Positions 26,165 through 33,683 of a DNA stretch of 64,000 bases are shown one piece after another. Source of the DNA: Cyclobacteriaceae bacterium. Its GTDB lineage: Bacteria; Bacteroidota; Bacteroidia; Cytophagales; Cyclobacteriaceae. Position 1 is the stretch's first letter, and each line of letters begins with the position of its first letter. Location: NCBI GenBank assembly GCA_043777495.1, contig JAYWHU010000031.1, positions 368 to 64,367 on the forward strand. The letters are read 5' to 3'. The notes under the pieces are model-generated. The model did not search any database. It worked only from the letters and a program-made list of their open reading frames with translations, and was not told where the DNA came from. Position numbers and translations under genes: made by a program.

Positions 26165-27706
26165 ATGAATAATCGCAGCAACTTTACATTTATTGATCTC
26201 TTTGCAGGAATTGGTGGCTTTAGAATGGCACTCACAAACCTGGGTGGTAGCTGCTTGAATTTTAGCGAGATAAATAAAGATGCTATCCATACCTATTTCA
26301 AAAATTTTGACGAAGGCGAAGAAAATAATTTAGGGGATATCACACAAATTAAAAATTTGGCGCCTCACGATTTATTGGTTGGAGGTGTGCCTTGCCAGAG
26401 CTGGTCTATTGCCGGTAAAAACTTAGGATTTGATGATGACAGGGGACAACTTTGGAACGACACCATTTATTTACTTAACAAAACAAAACCGAAAGCTTTT
26501 ATTTTTGAAAACGTGAAAGGATTGGTAGACCCAAGGAACAAAGAAGCGTTAGATTACATTTTAAAAAGAATCAAACAAGCAGGGTATTTTGCCAATTACT
26601 ATGTCCTCAATTCTTTTGACTATGGCGTTCCCCAGAACAGAGTAAGGATTTATATTGTTGGCTTTTTAGAAAAAGAGTTTTACGTTAAGTTTAATCTTCC
26701 CTCACCTCACGAAAACAAAGTAAGACTAGGCGATATTTTGAATGTTAAAACGAAAAAGGCAGAACGCTCTTTTCCAAGAGACCTATTTGGCGAAACCATC
26801 CAGCCGCGCAGCATGAGTCTGTCTAACAATAATGGATTTAACGATTATTTCCTGTTCAATGATTTGCGGAATGGCCATTCAACCATCCACTCATGGGATA
26901 TTTTAGAAACCACAGAACGGCAAAAAGACATTTGCTATTTACTTCTAAAAAACAGACGGAAAAGTTTGTATGGAAATTTGGACGGGAATCCATTATCTCT
27001 ATTACATTTTCAAAGATTAGACTCAACGATTACACAAGCTGAGTTAGATGAATTAGTAAAAATAGATATTTTGAACTCGGAGAGTTATGCGTTTACGATA
27101 AAATCTTTCAATGAAAAGGATTTAACAGAAAACGAAAAAAATTTGTTAAAATGCCATGTTGAAAGCAAACTGAATATTGATGAACTAAAGGGAAGTAAAC
27201 AGTTTAAGGTAAATAAAATTTCCATCTCGAACACGATTGAATCTTTAATCAATAAAAAAATTATCTCTTGTATGGAAATCAGGTATGATTTTAAAAACAC
27301 AAAAATAAGTACAGGCTTGTTTGGTGTCAACAGAGTGTTTTTGCCAAGTTCTAATATTTTCCCTACGCTCGTAGCCAGTGATACCAACGATTACATTACG
27401 CTGGAAAACATAGAGGCAAAGAATGAAAAAGAATACAAAGCTAAATTTCTTAATGAAGTTTACAGAAACGGAAACTATCGAAAGATAACCAAAAAAGAAG
27501 CCTGTAAAATACAGGGCTTCCCCGAAGATTTCATTTTGCCGGAGAGCCGGGCAAGATGGATGAAGTTATTAGGCAATAGTGTCTCTGTTCCGGTTATCGA
27601 AATGCTTGGAGCGGCTATTTTAAAAACAGGTGTATTTGATTTAGAAGAAGAAATTATAACTGATTTCAAAGTCAATGATGCCTATTCAATGGTAATTTAC
27701 CCTTGA
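26165..27706 (+). CDS. DNA (cytosine-5) methyltransferase with long variable region
   Basis: Motifs I FAGIGG, IV GVPCQ, VI ENVKGL, VIII PQNRVRIYIVG, IX-X EAC.IQGFP...LGNSVSV. Confidence 0.95.
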   Translation: MNNRSNFTFIDLFAGIGGFRMALTNLGGSCLNFSEINKDAIHTYFKNFDEGEENNLGDITQIKNLAPHDLLVGGVPCQSWSIAGKNLGFDDDRGQLWNDTIYLLNKTKPKAFIFENVKGLVDPRNKEALDYILKRIKQAGYFANYYVLNSFDYGVPQNRVRIYIVGFLEKEFYVKFNLPSPHENKVRLGDILNVKTKKAERSFPRDLFGETIQPRSMSLSNNNGFNDYFLFNDLRNGHSTIHSWDILETTERQKDICYLLLKNRRKSLYGNLDGNPLSLLHFQRLDSTITQAELDELVKIDILNSESYAFTIKSFNEKDLTENEKNLLKCHVESKLNIDELKGSKQFKVNKISISNTIESLINKKIISCMEIRYDFKNTKISTGLFGVNRVFLPSSNIFPTLVASDTNDYITLENIEAKNEKEYKAKFLNEVYRNGNYRKITKKEACKIQGFPEDFILPESRARWMKLLGNSVSVPVIEMLGAAILKTGVFDLEEEIITDFKVNDAYSMVIYP

Positions 27707-27725
27707 GCTATTCCACCAATGAAAA

Positions 27726-28685
27726 TCACTGAACCAATTTCAAATAATATTCTTGCAACTCTTCCACCAACCCCTGAACAATTTGCTTTAGCTCTTCTGG
27801 GCTTTCGATCTCTACACCGCGACCGTACGAAAGAAGCCAGCGAGCCATCATTGATAGATCCGCAGCGAGGAATTTCATGCGCACTTGCCCATCCAATTCT
27901 TCCTCTGATACAAAGCCAAAATAGTGGCGCGAATTACTAATGTACATCGCTTCTTTTTTATCGAAGAGAACAGTAGCCGTTTTCATCTCCGCATTCGCCT
28001 GCTGCATGCTGTTGAAGTACTCTTGCATGGTAGAAATACTTCGTGGCTCAAAGGTAATTCCTGTCTGTTTCAATTCTTTGATGCGGTCGCTGCGAAAGTC
28101 ACGGAAGCCATTGCGCAAGCGGCACCACGCAATCAAATGCCAGGCGGCACTGTAATAAAATAATCCAATAGGTTCCACCTCGCGCTGCGTGAGTTCATTT
28201 TGGTTACTGAAATAATCTATTTGAATAACTTGCTTACCTGCCGCAGCTTTTTGTAAGTCGGAAAGAAAATTTCCCGATTGTGCAGGCAGATTCATCTCTG
28301 GCCTTAATACTTCAATATGATCTTGCAAAATTTCTAAATGATCCTTCTGTGCTTCGTTTAGTACAGATTTTATTTTCATCAAAGCCCCTTCAAACGATAC
28401 GCGCACCGATTGATCTGTCATTCGCTCCACCAACTTACCTGCCATCATCATCGCGCTTGCCTCCTCTTGGCTAAACATAACAGGCGGCAGGTGATAGCCA
28501 TCCACAATAAAATATCCAGTGCCTGCCTGTGAACCAATTGGCACTCCCGCCTCCATCAATGATTTTACATCTCGATAAACTGTACGCAGGCTTATTTCAA
28601 ATCGATCAGCAATTTCTTCTGCCTTTACAATTTTTTTTGATTGGAGTTGAATAAGAATGGATGTGAGGCGATCGAGGCGGTTCAT
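27726..28685 (-). CDS. YafY-family WYL-domain transcriptional regulator (HTH + WYL + WCX)
   Basis: MNRLDRL..IL..L, RFEISLRTVYRDV..L, REVEPIGL.Y...WHLIAWCRLR..FRDFR.DRI. Confidence 0.93.
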   Translation of the reverse strand: MNRLDRLTSILIQLQSKKIVKAEEIADRFEISLRTVYRDVKSLMEAGVPIGSQAGTGYFIVDGYHLPPVMFSQEEASAMMMAGKLVERMTDQSVRVSFEGALMKIKSVLNEAQKDHLEILQDHIEVLRPEMNLPAQSGNFLSDLQKAAAGKQVIQIDYFSNQNELTQREVEPIGLFYYSAAWHLIAWCRLRNGFRDFRSDRIKELKQTGITFEPRSISTMQEYFNSMQQANAEMKTATVLFDKKEAMYISNSRHYFGFVSEEELDGQVRMKFLAADLSMMARWLLSYGRGVEIESPEELKQIVQGLVEELQEYYLKLVQ

Positions 28686-28756
28686 GATACTTCAAAAGTA
28701 ACAAGTTTGGTGTGGCTATGAAATCTTTATGATGATTTCAAATTGTACACTCTATA

Positions 28757-28916
28757 CCTCACCCCATCTGAGTGGGTGATGTATGGGCATTTCCTCATTT
28801 CAACCTCTTCAGATGGAAAGATGAGCAGAGATTGTTCGGCTTGCAGGTCTGTCGATTGGGTGAGGCAAAACCAAAGCGAGTTAATTACGACCGGGATATT
28901 TGAAATGCACCCACTC
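28757..28916. repeat. intergenic element with several inverted repeats, related to the 33.2-kb MITE-like element
   Basis: IRs 28757-28768/28854-28865, 28770-28778/28908-28916 and 28764-28771/28809-28816. The reverse complement of 28898-28912 (GGGTGCATTTCAAAT) matches the MITE end GGGTGCATCCCAAAT at 13/15. Confidence 0.5.
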
Positions 28917-28998
28917 TTTAGGAGAACGAATGACATCAGATTTTAATCAAAGAAATTTATATGTGTCCACCTAGAATGGCCTCCCACGGGCATGACGA

Positions 28999-29685
28999 TT
29001 ATCCTCCCACCTCTAGCCGAAACCCCACCCCGTGATAATTTACAATCTCTACCTTGGGGTCTTCCTTTAAATATTTTCGAAGCTTGGAAATAAAAACATC
29101 TAGGCTGCGCCCCATGAAGTAATCATCATCACCCCATACAGAAGTCAAAATCTCTTCGCGCTTCAATACTCGTTCTTTGTTGCTGCAAAGCAGCTTGAGT
29201 ACCTCCGCTTCTTTTTGCGTAAGTGTTTTGTTTCCCGAGGTATGTTGGAGGGAAAGATTATGGCAATCAAAAGTAAATTCGCCTAGCGAGAAAGTAGAGT
29301 CAACTGTTTTAATTGCCCCCTTCGCTCTGCGCAAAAATACTTCAATGCGCAAGCATAATTCTTCCATGCTAAAGGGCTTCACAAGGTAATCATCACCGCC
29401 CGAATTAAAGCCACTGATTTTATCTTCTAACATGGACTTGGCAGTGATAAACAAAATAGGCACCTGCTTATTCTCTACTCTAATACTTTGCGCCAAGCTA
29501 AAGCCATCTTTCTTGGGCATCATCACATCAAAAATGCAAAGGTCAAACGGCTGTTGATGAAACACGCGGTCGCCTTCTTCACCATTCACACAAAGCGTAA
29601 CCGCATAGCCCTTATGCAACAAATTATCTTTGATCACAAACCCAAGGCTCGGGTCATCTTCTACTAATAATATTTTGGCGCTCAT
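28999..29685 (-). CDS. OmpR-family response regulator (RprY-like)
   Basis: VEDD, FDVMMP..DG, DDYLVKPF, RSLDVFISKLRK. Confidence 0.93.
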   Translation of the reverse strand: MSAKILLVEDDPSLGFVIKDNLLHKGYAVTLCVNGEEGDRVFHQQPFDLCIFDVMMPKKDGFSLAQSIRVENKQVPILFITAKSMLEDKISGFNSGGDDYLVKPFSMEELCLRIEVFLRRAKGAIKTVDSTFSLGEFTFDCHNLSLQHTSGNKTLTQKEAEVLKLLCSNKERVLKREEILTSVWGDDDYFMGRSLDVFISKLRKYLKEDPKVEIVNYHGVGFRLEVGG

Positions 29686-29721
29686 CAATTAAATCAAAAA
29701 TCTTAAATCGCAAATCCTAAA

Positions 29722-30984
29722 TTATTTGGGTAATACGATAACAAAGCTACTTCCGTTGCCCTGCCCGCTTTCCACACTAATCTTTCCTTTGTGCGCTTCC
29801 ACAATCAGCTTCACATAATTCAACCCCAGCCCAAAACCTTTCACGTCATGCAGGTTGCCCGTGGGCACACGATAAAACCGATGAAATATTTTTTGTTGGT
29901 TCTCTTTGCTGATGCCAATTCCATTATCCTTCACACACAGTTGCAAGTAACCGGCTTGGCTGGCAGTAGTGATCAAAATTTCTGGTGCAGCTTGACTGTA
30001 TTTGATCGCATTGTCCAGCAAGTTGTTGATCACGTTAGTAAAATGAAGTCTGTCTACCGAAGCGATACTGGGTTTTGCTTGCAATTCTAGCTTGATAGCA
30101 CCTTGCTTATCATTCAATGAAATTGAATTGTTTTTAACGGCATCAGTAATCAATTCATGGATGTCGTACTCTTCCTTTTTCAACCCAATATCACTTTTCT
30201 CCAATCGCGCCATCTGTAACACACGCTCTACTTGTTGCTTCAGGCGATGGCTTTCGTTTTCGATAATCGTTGCGTAGTTGAGTAACCGCTCTGGGTTTTG
30301 AATGATAGATGGATCTTTTAACACTCCCGTGGAAATGGCAATAGTAGAAAGCGGAGTCTTGAACTCGTGCGTCATATTGTTGATAAAATCTTTTTGCACT
30401 TCAGATAATCTCCGCTGTTTCAAAATCACAAACAAGGTGTATACAAAAAAGAAAATCACCACCAACATCACAATGCTAGAAAATCCCCAGATGCCCATTT
30501 GGCTAATCAAGTTTGCTTCTATCTTCGGAAAGCGCACCCCAAAATAATACCCATCCATTTTCAATGCGGGCAATTCACTCAAGCTTGCTGGGATTGTATT
30601 TTTAGTGGGCGAAATATAATTGCCTCCCTTCATGCACTGATCCGAGCAATCGTACACTCCGTACTCATAGTCGGCTGTGATATTGCGCTTATCAAATTCA
30701 TTGCGCAGCAAAAAGCCAAGAAGATTAGAATCAATCGGGCCATTGACCAACACCGTAAAATAATTGCTGGACTCTTGATCAACCAAGCTATTGGCGGGTA
30801 GTGGCGTTTTATTAATATCATAAATGCGGGAGGCCACATTCTCAAGTGCCAAGTTCACATCAACATTAAATTGATTTTCTTTCAGGTCAAACGCCTTGCG
30901 CACCCAGTAGATTTGGGTAGCAGTAATACCCGCAATGCTGAGCGCAGCCAGGGCAATTACAATTCTTAACGTAAATCGGCTCAC
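29722..30984 (-). CDS. sensor histidine kinase (HisKA + HATPase_c)
   Basis: NMTHEFKTPL, NLLDNAIKY, DNGIGI, GFGLGL. GTG start lies 4 nt after a TACCTTTG box (30989-30996, minus strand). Confidence 0.93.
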   Translation of the reverse strand: MSRFTLRIVIALAALSIAGITATQIYWVRKAFDLKENQFNVDVNLALENVASRIYDINKTPLPANSLVDQESSNYFTVLVNGPIDSNLLGFLLRNEFDKRNITADYEYGVYDCSDQCMKGGNYISPTKNTIPASLSELPALKMDGYYFGVRFPKIEANLISQMGIWGFSSIVMLVVIFFFVYTLFVILKQRRLSEVQKDFINNMTHEFKTPLSTIAISTGVLKDPSIIQNPERLLNYATIIENESHRLKQQVERVLQMARLEKSDIGLKKEEYDIHELITDAVKNNSISLNDKQGAIKLELQAKPSIASVDRLHFTNVINNLLDNAIKYSQAAPEILITTASQAGYLQLCVKDNGIGISKENQQKIFHRFYRVPTGNLHDVKGFGLGLNYVKLIVEAHKGKISVESGQGNGSSFVIVLPK

Positions 30985-31148
30985 CTTGCAAAGGTATCTA
31001 GTATTGACATTGCGCTTAGAATAAGTGGCCTGTTTAACAAACCATTAACATCTTTTAGGCCTTTTTTAACAAGATAACTGGTTTTTCGGTCGGATGTTTG
31101 TAGAGTTCAACGGAACAAATTAAATTTAACCTCAAATTAAAGAACAAA

Positions 31149-31571
31149 ATGAAAAAATTACTTTTTATCGCAGCATTCGCTCTAGCAGCAGGTGCTGGCT
31201 ATGCGCAAGAAAAAACAATGAACACAACCGTTCCTCAAAATGAAGTGAACGTTGATGTAGCGGCCTTCACTTGGGCCGCTTCTGTACATGATTTCGGAAA
31301 GATCAAACAAGGCGTACCCGTTACACACGAATTCAAATTTACCAATTCAGGCAAGGCTCCGTTGATCATTGTCAACGCACAACCTTCTTGCGGTTGCACC
31401 ACTCCTGATTGGACAAAAACCCCAGTAGGGCCTGGTGAATCTGGTTTCATCAAAGCAACCTTCAATGCAGGTGCCGCTGGCCCCTTCAATAAATCCATCA
31501 CTGTTACAGCCAATGTAGAAGGTGGTTTCGTGCTGCTCACCATCAAAGGCGAAGTAGTAGTAGCTCAATAA
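31149..31571 (+). CDS. DUF1573-domain secreted protein
   Basis: Signal peptide; HDFGKI...F.F.N.G..PLII....PSCGCT.P...PVGPGESG. Confidence 0.88.
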   Translation: MKKLLFIAAFALAAGAGYAQEKTMNTTVPQNEVNVDVAAFTWAASVHDFGKIKQGVPVTHEFKFTNSGKAPLIIVNAQPSCGCTTPDWTKTPVGPGESGFIKATFNAGAAGPFNKSITVTANVEGGFVLLTIKGEVVVAQ

Positions 31572-31592
31572 AATTTAAAAAAAACGCTTATC

Positions 31593-31630
31593 AAAAAGTC
31601 AGTCTTGGCAACAAGGCCGACTTTTTTTTT
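31593..31630 (+). terminator. intrinsic terminator
   Basis: agtcagtcttg-gcaa-caaggccgact followed by a T run, with an A run before it. Confidence 0.75.
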
Positions 31631-31640
31631 TAAGATTTCT

Positions 31641-31763
31641 TTTGGCGGCCTTTCGCTCCATCTCACTTTCCACCACAGCTCAACCGGGCTATCCGCTACA
31701 AGTCCGTCCTCGCACAAGTTCCTACACACTTCGGGCTTTTCACTACTATCCCTGGCCGATGCC
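31641..31763. repeat. structured repeat element, family A copy 1
   Basis: Shares tttggcggcc, ccgggctatccg.t.caag (17/19) and a 30-mer ggcttt.cactactatccctggccgatgcc (29/30) with 56735-56884. Confidence 0.8.
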
Positions 31764-31834
31764 AGTACGAAGTTCATCTCTTGAATAATAAAGGTTGTGT
31801 GAGTAAATCTGAAGTCCAATTTCAGATTTATGCC

Positions 31835-32983
31835 CTACCCCACCACCCCTTCAAACGCCTTCACAAATCCCCTCATCTCCTCAAACGTGCCAATGCTCAC
31901 CCGGCACCATTCTTTTCCTTGATAATCCCATATCCGGATCAAGAAACCTTTTTCATCTAATTGCGAAAGAATTTTCTTTCCGTCTTTGGGTGCAGGGAAT
32001 AAAACCACGTTAGTTTGAGAGTTGCCGTAGAATATTTTTTTCAAGTCAAGATAATCGGTAAGAACTTTACGAGCGAGTGCATTCTTCTCGCGAGTCAGTT
32101 TCATAAAATCTTCGTCCCCCAAACTTGCCTTGGCCGCAGCAAGAGCCGTTTGGCTTGGCGAAATAGTATCTCCGTATTGAGCCACTTTCTTTAATGTATC
32201 TGGATGGCCAATGATGTAACCTATGCGTAAACCTGCCAGTCCATAAATTTTAGAAAATGTTTTAGAGACAATTACATTCGGATTGTTTTGCACCAAGCCC
32301 ACCATCGACTTTTGTTGAGATGGCTCAAGAAATTCAAGATATGCCTCATCCGCATACACTAATGTTTTTTTGGAAGCCTCTTCGCAAAATGACTTTACAA
32401 TCGTGTCGCTTACTACTGTACCTGTTGGGTTATTGGGGTTACAAGAGAAAACTAATTTCGTATCGCTTTTGATCCCCGAAGCCAGTGCTTCGTAGTTATG
32501 TTCAAGTTTTTCGTTCAGGTCAACTTTGTCCCACACGGCTTTCATTTGTTGCGCATAGCTCATCAGTAAAGGAAATGTAGGATAGGCAGATAACACGCGA
32601 CCTCCTTCCAAACCATAAGCGATTCCTGTTTGCACTAATAACTCGCCAGAGCCCGCACCAATCAAAACATAAGTAGGATCAACACCTTCTTTGGCAGCAA
32701 TTATTTTTTTTAATTCTTCCAATTCATCAAACGCATATCTATTCCCTCGCGAAAGATTTTCTATCACTGCCCTCTTTGCTTTCTCTGATGGGCCGTATGG
32801 GTTTTCATTGGAGTTCAATCGCACTTTCTGATTTGAATTAATCTTCAAACCAAAGAATGCACGTTCGGCTTCGCTAATGGGCGCAGCCAGTAGTCCATCT
32901 GTAAGTGAAGAGGTAAGCGTAAAACCAGCAGTGAGTGCGAGGGTTGATTTAAACCAGTTTCTTCTTGTAAATTTTGATTCCAT
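31835..32983 (-). CDS. HisC-like class I/II PLP aminotransferase with Tat-type signal
   Basis: TRRNWFK signal; LNSNENPYGP, CNPNNPTG, DEAY.EF, KTFSKIYGLAGLRIGY. Confidence 0.88.
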   Translation of the reverse strand: MESKFTRRNWFKSTLALTAGFTLTSSLTDGLLAAPISEAERAFFGLKINSNQKVRLNSNENPYGPSEKAKRAVIENLSRGNRYAFDELEELKKIIAAKEGVDPTYVLIGAGSGELLVQTGIAYGLEGGRVLSAYPTFPLLMSYAQQMKAVWDKVDLNEKLEHNYEALASGIKSDTKLVFSCNPNNPTGTVVSDTIVKSFCEEASKKTLVYADEAYLEFLEPSQQKSMVGLVQNNPNVIVSKTFSKIYGLAGLRIGYIIGHPDTLKKVAQYGDTISPSQTALAAAKASLGDEDFMKLTREKNALARKVLTDYLDLKKIFYGNSQTNVVLFPAPKDGKKILSQLDEKGFLIRIWDYQGKEWCRVSIGTFEEMRGFVKAFEGVVG

Positions 32984-33170
32984 ATTTTCTTAATTTAAAT
33001 TTTGTAGCAAGGATTCTTTATTATAAAAAGCGACAAATGTTTGCCTCATAATTCTGTGAAAGAAGATGAACTGAAGAGAAGCTTAGGGTCATGTCTCTAT
33101 CTATAGCCATCAATTTTGGCTCAACGAATGTACTGAAATGTTGGGACTTACAAATAGTATGGGTGTTCAT

Positions 33171-33595
33171 GGGTGCATCCCAAATTGTCGCTCCTATTTG
33201 CCTCACCCCAGATGGCGAGTGCTGTGTGGCAAAGCATCTATTCCCCTCTCCGCGGGCTGCTGTTAGGACACAATTCTTATGCTCCAGAGGAGCTTCCTGT
33301 TTATAGAAAGGTTGCTTAACCAATCATTTAGGCTCCGTAGGAGCCTCCGATAAAATCGGTTAGCTGTTTTTTCATTCAAAACAAAAGACACTTTATTATA
33401 ATCTGAATTTAGGTGGCTCCTCTGGAGCCGCTACCCCTAATAGATGTTTTTCTACAAACAGGACGCTCCTCTGGAGCACAATACAACAAAAGATGTGTCC
33501 TAACGGTAGCTCCGCGGGAGAGAGGTTCGCAAATCATGCTGCTAGCAAGCCCTCAATGGGGTGAGGCCAGCCCTGCGACAATTTGGGATGCACCC
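33171..33595. mobile_element. 425-bp MITE-like palindromic element with nested REP-like hairpins
   Basis: Perfect 21-bp TIR GGGTGCATCCCAAATTGTCGC, about 140-bp imperfect inverted arms, flanks gtgttcat/gtattcat, no transposase. Confidence 0.75.
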
Positions 33596-33683
33596 GTATT
33601 CATAAGCTATGAATTCACAAGGTAGGTTACCAGAAAAGAAAACATTGAATAAGATAAAACAAACAATCAGATAATAGGCTCTG

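Noticed and set aside
28727-28946. Two overlapping ~68-aa ORFs
   Set aside because: They have no recognisable motifs and lie over an inverted-repeat element.
33021-33625. ORFs at 33021-33323, 33091-33306 and 33413-33625
   Set aside because: They are mirror-image translations of the palindromic MITE arms (IWDAP occurs on both strands).
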